Shown here: positions 16,104 through 25,262 of the stretch, one piece after another
Numbering within the stretch: position 1 is the first letter of the stretch
How the letters are laid out: each line of letters starts with the position of its first letter
Made by a program: the position numbers and the translations under genes
Notes under the pieces: generated by a model
Seen by the model: the letters and a program-made list of their open reading frames with translations, nothing else
Told to the model about the DNA's origin: nothing
Database searches by the model: none
Source of the DNA: Deltaproteobacteria bacterium
GTDB lineage: Bacteria; Myxococcota_A; UBA9160; UBA6930
Reading direction: 5' to 3'
NCBI GenBank assembly: GCA_002687015.1
Contig: NYZB01000276.1
Coordinates: 1 to 58,541 of the forward strand
Length of the DNA stretch: 58,541 bases

Positions 16104-16964
16104 ATGGAAGACCTGAAGTGCTTCGACGTCGACCACGAAGGCCCCGTCGCCCACGTCAAGTTGAATCGCCCCGACGCCTTCAACTCGATGACCCCCGACT
16201 TCTGGCGGGAGCTGCCGGCCATCATCGATCAGCTGGACGAGGAGGGCGCGGCCCGGGCGATCGTCCTCTCGTCGACCGGAAGGCACTTCACGGCGGGCAT
16301 GGACCTGGCCGTGTTCTCGGGCATCGGCGACGGGCCCGTCGGTGGCAGCGAGCGGACGCCGCGCGAAACGGGCCGCTTGCGCAGCCAGGCCCGGGAGAGC
16401 GCCCTGGTCTTCCAGGAGAGCTTCAACGCCCTCGAACGCGCGCGCATGCCCGTGATCGCGGCGATCCAGGGCGGCTGCGTGGGCGGCGGCGTGGACATGA
16501 TCAGCGCCTGCGACATGCGCTATTGCACCGAGGATGCCTTTTTCTGCATCCAGGAGATCAACATCGGCCTGACCGCCGATGTCGGCACCTTGCAGAGGCT
16601 GCCGAAGCTCATCCCCGAAGGCGTCGCCCGCGAGTACGCCTACACCGGCCGCCGCATGCCGGCGGCGAGGGCCAGGGAGCTCGGCCTCGTCAACGAGGTC
16701 TACCCGACCCAGGAGGCCATGCTGGCCGACGTCCTCGAGATCGCCAACGAGATCGCGGAGAAGTCGCCGCTGGCGATCTGGGGCTCGAAGGAGATGCTCA
16801 ACTACACGCGCGACCACAGCGTGCAGGAGGGCCTCAACTACATCGCGACCTGGCAGTCCGGGATGTTCTTCGGTCAGGACATGGCCGAGGCCTTCGAGGC
16901 CAAGCGGGAAAAGCGACCCGCCGAGTTCGAGAACCTGCCCCGCCGCTACCGCCTCCCGAAGTAG
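16104..16964 (+). CDS. Enoyl-CoA hydratase/isomerase (crotonase) family, dienoyl-CoA-isomerase-like
   Basis: 286 aa. VKLNRPDAFNSM, FTAGMDL, AAIQGGCVGGGVDMISACDMRY, SPLAIWGSKE. Confidence 0.85.
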   Translation: MEDLKCFDVDHEGPVAHVKLNRPDAFNSMTPDFWRELPAIIDQLDEEGAARAIVLSSTGRHFTAGMDLAVFSGIGDGPVGGSERTPRETGRLRSQARESALVFQESFNALERARMPVIAAIQGGCVGGGVDMISACDMRYCTEDAFFCIQEINIGLTADVGTLQRLPKLIPEGVAREYAYTGRRMPAARARELGLVNEVYPTQEAMLADVLEIANEIAEKSPLAIWGSKEMLNYTRDHSVQEGLNYIATWQSGMFFGQDMAEAFEAKREKRPAEFENLPRRYRLPK

Positions 16965-16974
16965 ACGGCGCACC

Positions 16975-18603
16975 TTGAACCCGCGCAGCCGGCCCGGCGA
17001 CCTCGCATGGCTGGGCCTGGTCGTGTTGGGAGCTCTCGCGCTCTTCTCGTTGGACTGGCGGGGCGGCCTCTACGGCGGCGTGGCCGAGGTGGGCGCCATG
17101 CGCGTGCTTGCTGGCGACCTGCCCTACCGGGACTTCTGGACGATCTATGCGCCCGGGCAGTTCTATCTGCTCGCGGGGCTCTTCGCGCTCTTCGGCTTGC
17201 AGTGGCTCGTCAGCCCGATCGCAGCCAGCCTGCTGCTGGCCGGAGCCAGCGCCGCGCTCTTCTGGGCCGTGCGGCGCGCGGGCGGAACCAGGGGCTCGGC
17301 GCTCGCGGGCGCCCTGGTGCTGGTCGTGGCGATCGCAGCCACGCCCTACCACCGGAGCTGTGGCAGCTATCCGCCGGCCCTGCTGCTCGGCATCCTGGCC
17401 TGGGGCCTCGTCGCGGGGCAGACACGCGGCAAGGGCGCCGTTGCGGCCGGCCTGGCCCTGGGCGCAGCCGCCCTGTTCAAGCACGACGTGGCCGCCTACT
17501 CCGCGCTGGGTGTCGCCCTCTACCAGCTGGGCCGGGGCCACCAGGACACCGGCTCCTGGCCGCGCGCCCTTCGCTGCGTTGCCACGACCGCCGCAGCCGC
17601 CCTGGCCGTCTTCGCGCCGCCCATGGTCGCCCTGGCACTCTCCACGGGCCCCGATCTCTGGCAGGACCTCGTGCGCTTCCCGCTCGGGGACTTCGCGAGC
17701 TCGCGGCCGGAGCAGCTGCCCCTCTGGCCGACGACGACCTTCGACCCCGAAGCGACCCGGCGCGCGGCCGCGCTGGCCGCCGGCAACAGCCTGACCTTCT
17801 GGCTCCCCTGGGTCGCGCAGCTCCTCGCCCTGGCTGTGGCGCTGCGCGACCGGCGGTTGCGCCCCTGGGCCCTTGCCCTGTTCGCGACCTTCCTGCTGCA
17901 CCAGCTCGCCGCGAGGGTGCAGATCAACACCCACGTCGTCTCGTGGAGCGCCATGGCCGCCCTGGCCCTCGCACCGGCCTGGCCTCGGATCCGGGAGGAG
18001 CGGAGCCTCCGGCTCGCCACCCTGGGCACGGCGGCCGCCCTGATCGCCGCCCACGGCGTGGCTCCGCTGGTCCGCCATGGCGTCGAGACGCCCCGGCACA
18101 CCGCGGACGCGCCGCTCCCGACCGCGAGGGGCATGCGAGTCCTGCCGAGTGACGTGCCGGCCCTGCTGAGGCTGGCGGAGCTGGTGGAGCAGAACCTCCC
18201 GGAGGGGGGTCGGCTCTACGCCGGAGAGCGGCGCCACGACGCGCTGCTCACGAGCCCCATGCGGCTCTACTTCCTGCTCGGGCGCCTGCCGGCCGTCCGC
18301 TACCACGAGCTGCACCCCGCCGTCGCCGACACCGAGCCCATTCAGGCGGAGATGATCGCCGACCTCGAGCGGCACGAGGTGTCGCTGGTGATCCTGCGCC
18401 GCAGCTTTCCCGACGATCATCTGGACCGCTGGCGGGAAGACCTGCGCAGCCGCGTCCCGTCCGCCGGCTCCACCCTGCTCGACGAGACCCTGCGAGAGCG
18501 CTTCGGCCGCCTGGAGCAGGTCGGCGGCTACGAGGTGCTGCGCCGCCGCTCTCGGAGCCACCCGTCCGGAGGGGACAAAGAGAAAGGGCGGCCACCGAGG
18601 TGA
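16975..18603 (+). CDS. Integral membrane GT-C-like glycosyltransferase (ArnT/PMT/DUF2029-like), function uncertain
   Basis: Multi-TM protein with GDLPYRDFWTIYAPGQFY near the N-terminus and a soluble C-terminal domain. The start was chosen at TTG 16975, before the first TM helix. The stop TGA 18601-18603 lies inside the hairpin of the convergent terminator. Confidence 0.55.
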   Translation: MNPRSRPGDLAWLGLVVLGALALFSLDWRGGLYGGVAEVGAMRVLAGDLPYRDFWTIYAPGQFYLLAGLFALFGLQWLVSPIAASLLLAGASAALFWAVRRAGGTRGSALAGALVLVVAIAATPYHRSCGSYPPALLLGILAWGLVAGQTRGKGAVAAGLALGAAALFKHDVAAYSALGVALYQLGRGHQDTGSWPRALRCVATTAAAALAVFAPPMVALALSTGPDLWQDLVRFPLGDFASSRPEQLPLWPTTTFDPEATRRAAALAAGNSLTFWLPWVAQLLALAVALRDRRLRPWALALFATFLLHQLAARVQINTHVVSWSAMAALALAPAWPRIREERSLRLATLGTAAALIAAHGVAPLVRHGVETPRHTADAPLPTARGMRVLPSDVPALLRLAELVEQNLPEGGRLYAGERRHDALLTSPMRLYFLLGRLPAVRYHELHPAVADTEPIQAEMIADLERHEVSLVILRRSFPDDHLDRWREDLRSRVPSAGSTLLDETLRERFGRLEQVGGYEVLRRRSRSHPSGGDKEKGRPPR

Positions 18604-18610
18604 CCGCCCT
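18575..18610 (-). terminator. Rho-independent terminator of PEP-CTERM gene copy A
   Basis: On the minus strand: GGGCGGTCAC-CTCG-GTGGCCGCCC hairpin (one G-U pair) followed by TTTCTCTTTGT. Conserved with 38401..38436. Confidence 0.6.
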
Positions 18611-18638
18611 TTCGAGGACGTTCAGCTAGCGAAGGAGC

Positions 18639-19355
18639 CTAGCTGCGGCGGCGACCCACCGTCACCAGGCCCAGGGCGCCGGCGCCGAGGAGCAGCAGCG
18701 TGCCCGGCTCCGGAACGCCGTTGTAGCGCAGGCGCAGGATCGTCGGGGACGAGGTCGTGCTCTGCAGGCCGAAGCTCGGCGCGGAGGTCACGAGCTTGTT
18801 GGCGACGACCAGCTGGATCGTGCCACCACCACCGGCGGTCAGGTTGAACGAACCGGTCGTGGTCACGTTCGGCAGCGCATTGCCCAGGCTGGTGAGGCCA
18901 CCGGCCTTCGCAACACCCGTGGTCCACTTCTGGTTGGTCAAGGTCAGGTTGATGCCATAGCCACCTGCCGTGACGGTGCCGGCCGTGCCCGTGGCCACCG
19001 GGATCGCGATGGCGCAGAACCCGAACAGGTACGCGCAGACATCTCCGGTCTGGATGCCGCCGTTGACCGCGCCGCCGCTCGTCACGCTGACCGCACCGTG
19101 ACCGCCCAGCTTGATCGTGATCGTGCTAACCGGGCTGGTGGTCGGGGGGAGGATGGTCGTGGTGCCGGCAAAGGCCGTACCGCCACCCCAGCTCCCCGCG
19201 TTGGCCGTGGAAGCGCCGTTCGCCTGCGCGATGGTCGTGATGGTGACACCGCCGATGACCGGCGTGGTCGACTCGGTCTCGACCTCGTACAGCGTGCCCG
19301 CATTGGCGCCGACGGCGAGCAACAGGGCAGCGAGAATGATGAACAACTTGTGCAT
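18639..19355 (-). CDS. PEP-CTERM sorting-domain secreted protein, Thr/Gly-rich, copy A (238 aa)
   Basis: ATG 19355. Signal peptide MHKLFIILAALLLAVGANA. C-terminal VPEPGTLLLLGAGALGLVTVGRRRS. Paralog of 37659..38372. Confidence 0.85.
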   Translation of the reverse strand: MHKLFIILAALLLAVGANAGTLYEVETESTTPVIGGVTITTIAQANGASTANAGSWGGGTAFAGTTTILPPTTSPVSTITIKLGGHGAVSVTSGGAVNGGIQTGDVCAYLFGFCAIAIPVATGTAGTVTAGGYGINLTLTNQKWTTGVAKAGGLTSLGNALPNVTTTGSFNLTAGGGGTIQLVVANKLVTSAPSFGLQSTTSSPTILRLRYNGVPEPGTLLLLGAGALGLVTVGRRRS

Positions 19356-19405
19356 TGTTGGAGTTCCTTGAACCTTCCTGTCCCCGGGGGAGCACCCTGC
19401 CCCCG

Positions 19406-19527
19406 CTCGAGACCTGGAGTGAATTCCCATCCCGCGCCCTCTTTCGAGGAGGATGAGTCCAGTGAATGAGTGGGAGCTGGGCCCCGAATGTGTCGGGGAA
19501 TCTCGAGGAATCTGGAGTCAATTCCCC
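19406..19527 (-). promoter_or_regulatory. Two about 23-26-nt direct repeats upstream of PEP-CTERM copy A (candidate regulator sites)
   Basis: Plus strand CTCGAGACCTGGAGTGAATTCCC (19406-19428) and CTCGAGGAATCTGGAGTCAATTCCCC (19502-19527). On the gene strand each contains GGGAATT(C/G)ACTCCAG, a core related to the GGGAAAT arms upstream of copy B. Confidence 0.3.
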
Positions 19528-19597
19528 TCGGGTGACCCAAAATGGGCTGGGAAGGCCCATGGAGAGCCAAGACCCGACGATCCCCCTGGGGGAATCG

Positions 19598-21244
19598 TCA
19601 GTTCGAGGATCCGGCCGCGTCCCGAGAGCGGAGGCCGGCCTCGACCTCAGCCTGATGGGGGCCTCCCTTGGCCCTGGCCCGCTCCAGGAGCTCGATCACC
19701 TCGTCGGTATTCCCCAGGGCATTGTGCGCGCCCGCCATCAGGACCAGCTCGATCTGGAAGGGGTCCTCGGCCCTCGACAGCCGATCGAGGGTGGCCCGCG
19801 CCATCTCGTTCAGCGGGCGTTGGACCTCGCGGTAGCCCACCAGACCGGCGATCGCGGGGTCGTCCAGGAGCGTCGTGTAGTCCACGAAGCCCGCGGCCAG
19901 GAGCGCCTCGAGCTCGCGGCCCACCGCCGGGACGTTGCCGGTGCGAGCATCCCGTTTCGCGTAGTCGATGAGCGCGGGGACGCCCTTGGGGTAGTTGCGC
20001 GTGGACTCCTGGGAGAGGGCCCGGTTCGTCGCGACCACGGGCGCGCGTTGGTGGGCTCGATAGCCGAAGGAGAGCGCCACCGCGACGAGGAGGGCACCCG
20101 CCCAGACGGGATCCCCTGATGCCCTGGCACCTCGGGATGCGCGCCACGCCGAGAAGCGAAGCCAACCCTCTCGCGCAGCAAGGAGCCCGCCGCCCAGCAA
20201 CCCGATCAACGGGGCGTACAGGTAGCGGTCGGCCATCGGGAACAGGAAGGCGAAGACCTGGCTCACCGGGGCGTACGCCGCCACCGCGAGCAACCAGTAG
20301 ACCGCCTCCTCATCACGGCGCCGGAGCACGGCGATCCATCGCCAGCTGAGCACGGCGAGGAGCAGGAGGCCGCTCAACCACCACGGGTCCAGCCAGCTCC
20401 GGGGTGGCGTCGGCTGGTGGAAGGCGGAGACGCCGAGGCCACTGACCGCCATCCGCAGGTAGCGCGTGGCCAGAGCCACCATCCAGCGCGCCTGCTCCGC
20501 CGGACCCTCGACGGGGGAGATCCCGAGGGACCCCACCCGCTGGAAGGCCGACATCTCCGGGATTCCGACCAGGACCAGGACCGCGAGGAAGGCGAGCAGC
20601 CAGATCGGCCGGGGCGCTTCGACGACCTCGTCCCCTTGTCGGACCCAGCACAGGAGGGCGGCGACCGGCAGCACGAAGGCTGCGCTGATCTTCGTCAGGA
20701 GGGCCAGCGCGAAGAGCAGGCACGCGAGACCGGGGTGCCGAGCCAACAAGAGAATGGACGCCAGGGCCAGGGCGGTCGAGAGCAGGGTCTTGACCTGAAA
20801 GACCATGCCGACGGTCTCGACGTGGGCGGGATGCAGCAGGAACACGAGCCCGGCGGCGCCGGCCACGACGAGCGGCAGCCGCGACGAGCGCAGGAGCATG
20901 ACGACGAGCAGCCCGTTCAGGGCGTGCAGGATCACGTTGACCACGTGATAGCCCCAGGTCTCCAACCCGAAGACGTGGCGCTCGACGGCGTGGACCAGCA
21001 GATGGACGGGGGCGTAGTTCATCCCCCAGAGGATGCCGGGAGCGGTCGGGTCGAGAATGACGGCGATGTTCTCGGCGCCGAGCTCCTGGACGTAGGGGTT
21101 GTCGACGATGATGGCGACGTCGTCCGAGACGAACTCGCCGTCGAGCACCGGAGCGTAGACGGCGAAGCTCGAGACGAGCATCAGCGCGAGGAGCCCCAGC
21201 GCAGCGGGCCATCCGAATTCCCGGTCGGCCTGGCCCCCCGCCAC
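19598..21244 (-). CDS. TMTC/PMT-like GT-C membrane glycosyltransferase with C-terminal TPR-like domain, paralog 2
   Basis: Collinear with 13076..14704 (SDDVAIIVDNPYVQ, YAPVHLLVHAVERHVFG, WGYHVVNVILH). The start was set at GTG 21244, before the first TM helix, and is uncertain. The gene lies directly upstream of PEP-CTERM copy A on the same strand. Confidence 0.7.
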   Translation of the reverse strand: MAGGQADREFGWPAALGLLALMLVSSFAVYAPVLDGEFVSDDVAIIVDNPYVQELGAENIAVILDPTAPGILWGMNYAPVHLLVHAVERHVFGLETWGYHVVNVILHALNGLLVVMLLRSSRLPLVVAGAAGLVFLLHPAHVETVGMVFQVKTLLSTALALASILLLARHPGLACLLFALALLTKISAAFVLPVAALLCWVRQGDEVVEAPRPIWLLAFLAVLVLVGIPEMSAFQRVGSLGISPVEGPAEQARWMVALATRYLRMAVSGLGVSAFHQPTPPRSWLDPWWLSGLLLLAVLSWRWIAVLRRRDEEAVYWLLAVAAYAPVSQVFAFLFPMADRYLYAPLIGLLGGGLLAAREGWLRFSAWRASRGARASGDPVWAGALLVAVALSFGYRAHQRAPVVATNRALSQESTRNYPKGVPALIDYAKRDARTGNVPAVGRELEALLAAGFVDYTTLLDDPAIAGLVGYREVQRPLNEMARATLDRLSRAEDPFQIELVLMAGAHNALGNTDEVIELLERARAKGGPHQAEVEAGLRSRDAAGSSN

Positions 21245-21332
21245 TACGCGCGCACCACCATGGGCTCGAGGGTACGAAAAGCCCCAGGGCGTCGCGACAG
21301 AGTCGCTGGCTGCGCCGTGGAGGACGGGGGCC

Positions 21333-22775
21333 GTGCCGCTACCCTGGGAGCGGGTCCTTGCAAAGGTGCAGCCGAAGTCGGAAGAGCAAGAAGGCCGCTT
21401 GCCCGCCTTCCTGAGAAAGCCCGAGGGCGTCTTCCTTGCCCTGGCCGGGGTCTTCGGGCTCTTCTTCTGCTTCGCCACTCCCCCGCACGACCCCGCCGAC
21501 GAGGATCGCCACCACGGGGTCGCCTTCCTGCTCTCGGAGGCGCACTTCACGGTCGTCGGGGACGCCCCCGGCCACGAAGCCACGGTGCCGAGGAGCATCG
21601 TGAACCTCCACCCACGCGGGCACCACTACACGGACGAGCAGCTCCGCTCGGGGCGGCTGCCGGCGGACATCCCGCGGACCCGTCGCCACCGGCCCGAAGA
21701 CCTCCGTCGCCTCTACGCTCGCGAGCTCGCCCCCCACGACCGGGTCCCCGTCCGCTACGGCGCGGCCTACTCCCCCCTGGTCTACGCCGCCATTTCACCC
21801 GCTCTGGCACTCGGTCGCGCCGCGGGCCTGCCCGTGGTGGCCAGTCTCTGGCTGGCGCGGGTCGCGGGCCTGGCGTTGTGGCTCGCAGGCGTCGCGCTCG
21901 CCATCCGACGGGCGCCGGTCGGCAAGTGGGGCCTTGCGGCCGTCGCCCTGCTTCCGATGTCGGTCTTCCAGGCGGGCTCGATCTCGGGCGATCCCGTCTC
22001 CCAGGTGGTCCTCTTCCTCTTCTTCGCGGAGCTGCTGCGCGCCGCGCGGAGAGGGACGGATTGGGCCGGTCGCGAGGCGCTGCTCCTCGTCGGTCTCGCG
22101 GCCCTGATCGGCCTCGTCAAGCCCGGCTACGCGCCGATCACCCTCTCCGCAGTCGCGTTGCTCGTCGCCGAGCGTTCGGGTCGGCGAGCCGCCTGGATCG
22201 CGGCGATCGTGGCCGCGGCCCACCTCACGACCGTGGGCTGGGCAGCGCGGGTCCAGGCCGCGGTGCAGCCCACCCTCGCCGTCGGCGTGGACGCGGCGGA
22301 GCAGGCCCTCTTCATCGCGACCCACCCCCTCGAGTTCGCAGGCATCCTGCTGCGCACGAGCTGGATGTCCGTTCCCGCCTGGATCGAGGAGATGGTCGGG
22401 AACGTCGGACACCTCGACGTCGGCATCCCACCCGTCGCCACGGCCGTGGCCCTGCTGGCGGTGTTGGCCGCGAGCATGCTCGACGAGGCTCCGACGCCGC
22501 GGCCCTGGACGGGCTGGGCACTCCTGGGAGGCTTCTTCGCCGCGGGCATCGCGATCATGACGATCGCCTACATGGGATGGACGGCCGTCGGCATCCCGGT
22601 CATCCACGGCGTGCAGGGCCGCTACTTCATGCTCATGCTGCCCTTCGCACTCGTCGGCCTACCGCGTCTCCCGACCCGGTACGCGCCACCGGCACGCGCT
22701 GCCATCCCCTGGGCGCTCGCCACCGTCCTGGCCGTGACCGCAGTGGAGATGGTCGACCGGTACTACGAGTTCTGA
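21333..22775 (+). CDS. DUF2142-type polytopic membrane protein (putative glycan-assembly protein), intact paralog
   Basis: GTG 21333 with GGAGGA 8 nt upstream. PPHDPADEDRHH near the N-terminus, many TM helices, GVQGRYFMLMLPF near the C-terminus. Paralog of 42817..44258. Confidence 0.7.
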   Translation: MPLPWERVLAKVQPKSEEQEGRLPAFLRKPEGVFLALAGVFGLFFCFATPPHDPADEDRHHGVAFLLSEAHFTVVGDAPGHEATVPRSIVNLHPRGHHYTDEQLRSGRLPADIPRTRRHRPEDLRRLYARELAPHDRVPVRYGAAYSPLVYAAISPALALGRAAGLPVVASLWLARVAGLALWLAGVALAIRRAPVGKWGLAAVALLPMSVFQAGSISGDPVSQVVLFLFFAELLRAARRGTDWAGREALLLVGLAALIGLVKPGYAPITLSAVALLVAERSGRRAAWIAAIVAAAHLTTVGWAARVQAAVQPTLAVGVDAAEQALFIATHPLEFAGILLRTSWMSVPAWIEEMVGNVGHLDVGIPPVATAVALLAVLAASMLDEAPTPRPWTGWALLGGFFAAGIAIMTIAYMGWTAVGIPVIHGVQGRYFMLMLPFALVGLPRLPTRYAPPARAAIPWALATVLAVTAVEMVDRYYEF

Positions 22776-22781
22776 GGAGCT

Positions 22782-25262
22782 CTAGCCCTCGCCCTGGCTC
22801 AGCTCCTTGATCGCCGCCCGGGTCTCCTCGACCTCCGGGTACTCGACGGCGGCGGCCAGGGCCAGCTCGAAGGCCTCGACGGCTGCCTGGGGCCGGCCCA
22901 TCTCGCGCAGAGCCAGACCCAGGTGATGCTGGGCGACGGCCCAGGCGCGGGTCTGCTCCTGCGCCAGCTCGATGGCCTCTTCGAATTGGACCGCGGCGGC
23001 CTCGGGGATCTTCCGTTGCAGGTAGACGAAGCCCAGGGTGTCCGCCGCACCGGTCGAACGGGGGAGTGCCTGGCGAGCCTCCTGGGCCAGGCTCAAGGCG
23101 CGGTCCAGGTCTCCGCCGCTGACGGTCAGGTGATAGGCGAGATCGTTCTTGGCACCGGGCAGGTCGGAGCGTTCGGCCAGGGCCGCCTCCAGGAGCTCGA
23201 TGGCGCGACCGCGCTCGCCGCGGCTGGAGTGGAGACGCGCCAGCATGATCCGGCCGGAGGCATCGAGGGTCCCGGCCTCCTCCTGTTTCGTCAGACGCTC
23301 CATCACCTCGCTCTGGCGCCCGAGCCTGGTGAGCAGCTGCACCACCAGCTTCACGCTGCCCGGCTGGTCCGGCTCGAGCTCGAGCGATCGCTCGGCGTGG
23401 CTGAGTGCCTTCTCCTTGTCGCCGACCCTGACCAGCTGCTTGGCGAGAAGTCGATGGAGGATGCCCGAATCGGGCTGCTTCTCGACAGCCCGGACCAGCC
23501 GCTCGGTCGCCCGATCCGGCTTGCGGTCGCGCAGGTCGAGTGCGACGGCCATCCGGATCAGCCTCACTTCCCCCGGCTCTCGTTCGAGAGCGGCAGCGAG
23601 ACGCTTGCGAGCCAGCTCCGGTTGGTTCCCATACTCTTTTTGGGCGAAGAGCAGGACCGCATCCGCGGGCGGCTCGTCCAGGCGGAAGAAGCGCTCCAGC
23701 AGCTGCCTTGCGACCTGCTCCTGGCCGGCCCCGTAGGCCGCGCGAGTGGCCGGCAGCAGATCGCGTAGGGAGACCTGGCCGCGTTGACGCCGGAACACCC
23801 GTCGGAAGGTCACGAGGGCTCCCGCATGGTCGCCGAGCCGTGCCTGGAGCCTCGCCTTCTGCCGAAGGCAGCGCAGGTGGAACTTGCCCGTGGGCTGGAC
23901 CAGGGCCAGGGCCTGGTCGACGTGCCCCAGGGCGACTCGCATGCGGCCGAGCCGCGTCTCCACGGAGCTGAGCCTGAACAGGTCGGTTGGGTTCTCCTCG
24001 AGCTGGATCAGGGTCCGGTAGAGGTCGGCGGCGTCCGTTTCCCGACCCTCGGCCTCGGCGACCCGGGCCTGGGCTCGCAAGGCGTCGGGCGTATCGGCGA
24101 ACTCCGTCACCAGGCGCTCCGAAGTCACCTTCGCGGCAGGCAGATCGCCGTTCTGGATCTGCTGGGAGACGATCTCGCCCAGGATGCGCTCCGAACGGGA
24201 CGCCTTGGAGACCGACTCCTCGAGATGGGCGAGCGCCAGGTCCTGATGCCCTCGCGCCGCGAGGTCTCGGGAGTAGGCGATGTGGGCGGCGGGCAGCTCG
24301 GGCACCGTCTCGACCATGCGCGCGAGGACGGTCGACGGCTGGGCGTTCATCCCGTCGACCAGGGTCGCGAGGCGCTGCCACTGCCGTATGACCGTGGGCT
24401 CCAGCTCGAGGGATTGCTCGATCGCCCAGCGCTCGGTGGCGGTGTCCTTGACGCCCTGGCTGTAGCGCCGCGCCGCCGCGAGCGCCGACTGGAGCATCTC
24501 CTTGCGTTCCGCCCCCTTCCAGGCCTCGACTTTCCGGTAGGCCTCCTTGAAGGCCTCGGGGGCTTCGCTCCGGCGGGCCTCCCAGGATCCCAGCAGGCTC
24601 GCGCGCTCGATCGCGGCCCGGAGCGCATGCCGCGACTCACCCGCTTGCTCTGACGCGACGGCCTGCTCGAAGGAAGCGAGCGCGTTCTGCCAGGCAGCCT
24701 CTTCGGGCTCTTCCTTGCGCCGGATGGCCTCTCCGATCTGCGCCATGTACACGATTCCGAGCTGGAGCAGAGCCTCGGGATCGTCGTCGCCGATCTCGAC
24801 CGCCGTCAGCGCTTCGGTCAGCGCGCCATCCAGATCCTCCGACACGATGCCGGCCTGGGAGAGCATCACCCGTGCGGAGACGTTCGTGGGGTCCCGCTCG
24901 AGGATCTCAGCCAGGAGCTCCCGCGCCTCGTCGACTTCCGTCCCCAGGAGGAGCCGCGCTTCGCCGAGGGCGGCCGGCAGCATGGAGGGATCGAGTCGCC
25001 TCGCTTCCTGGTAGTAGAAGAGGGCATCCTCGATCGCCCGGGCCCGCATCATGAGCTCCGCGATCTCGAAGTTGACGGCGGCGTTGTTGGGGTCGATCTG
25101 CAGGGCACTCCGCAGCTCGAGGAGCGCCTCCTGGAGGTCGCCGGCCACCCTGAGCTCTTGGGCCGCAGCCAGGTGCTCGGCGAGCTTCTCTTCGTCGGAG
25201 CCGCAGCCGGCCGCAAGGCCCACGGCCAGGAGTAGAACACAACCGACTCGCCACGCCCTCAT
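22782..25262 (-). CDS. Large TPR-repeat lipoprotein (PrsT-like?), 826 aa
   Basis: ATG 25262 in an ATGA overlap with the upstream TPR gene stop, GGGAGG RBS. Lipobox LAAGCGS. TPR-like helical repeats throughout. Confidence 0.8.
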   Translation of the reverse strand: MRAWRVGCVLLLAVGLAAGCGSDEEKLAEHLAAAQELRVAGDLQEALLELRSALQIDPNNAAVNFEIAELMMRARAIEDALFYYQEARRLDPSMLPAALGEARLLLGTEVDEARELLAEILERDPTNVSARVMLSQAGIVSEDLDGALTEALTAVEIGDDDPEALLQLGIVYMAQIGEAIRRKEEPEEAAWQNALASFEQAVASEQAGESRHALRAAIERASLLGSWEARRSEAPEAFKEAYRKVEAWKGAERKEMLQSALAAARRYSQGVKDTATERWAIEQSLELEPTVIRQWQRLATLVDGMNAQPSTVLARMVETVPELPAAHIAYSRDLAARGHQDLALAHLEESVSKASRSERILGEIVSQQIQNGDLPAAKVTSERLVTEFADTPDALRAQARVAEAEGRETDAADLYRTLIQLEENPTDLFRLSSVETRLGRMRVALGHVDQALALVQPTGKFHLRCLRQKARLQARLGDHAGALVTFRRVFRRQRGQVSLRDLLPATRAAYGAGQEQVARQLLERFFRLDEPPADAVLLFAQKEYGNQPELARKRLAAALEREPGEVRLIRMAVALDLRDRKPDRATERLVRAVEKQPDSGILHRLLAKQLVRVGDKEKALSHAERSLELEPDQPGSVKLVVQLLTRLGRQSEVMERLTKQEEAGTLDASGRIMLARLHSSRGERGRAIELLEAALAERSDLPGAKNDLAYHLTVSGGDLDRALSLAQEARQALPRSTGAADTLGFVYLQRKIPEAAAVQFEEAIELAQEQTRAWAVAQHHLGLALREMGRPQAAVEAFELALAAAVEYPEVEETRAAIKELSQGEG

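Larger units (their letters stand above)
18575..19355 (-). repeat. Inverted-duplicate unit A (PEP-CTERM CDS plus terminator)
   Basis: Reverse complement aligns end to end with 37659..38436, from the RBS/ATG to the terminator T-run, and includes a perfectly identical 79-nt block (19080-19158 vs 37856-37934). Confidence 0.9.

Noticed and set aside
19554-19571. Possible sigma-54 promoter upstream of PEP-CTERM copy A (TGGCTC-N5-GGGC on the minus strand)
   Set aside because: GG-N10-GC spacing is satisfied, but the -12 element is poor (GGGC vs TTGC). It lies about 200 nt (roughly 200-215) from the ATG. This is too weak to call.
20417-24381. ORFs 20417..22810 (+, 797 aa) and 22633..24381 (-, 582 aa)
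   Set aside because: Both give Arg/Gly/Pro-rich nonsense overlapping well-supported genes (TMTC-like, DUF2142, TPR lipoprotein) in other frames.
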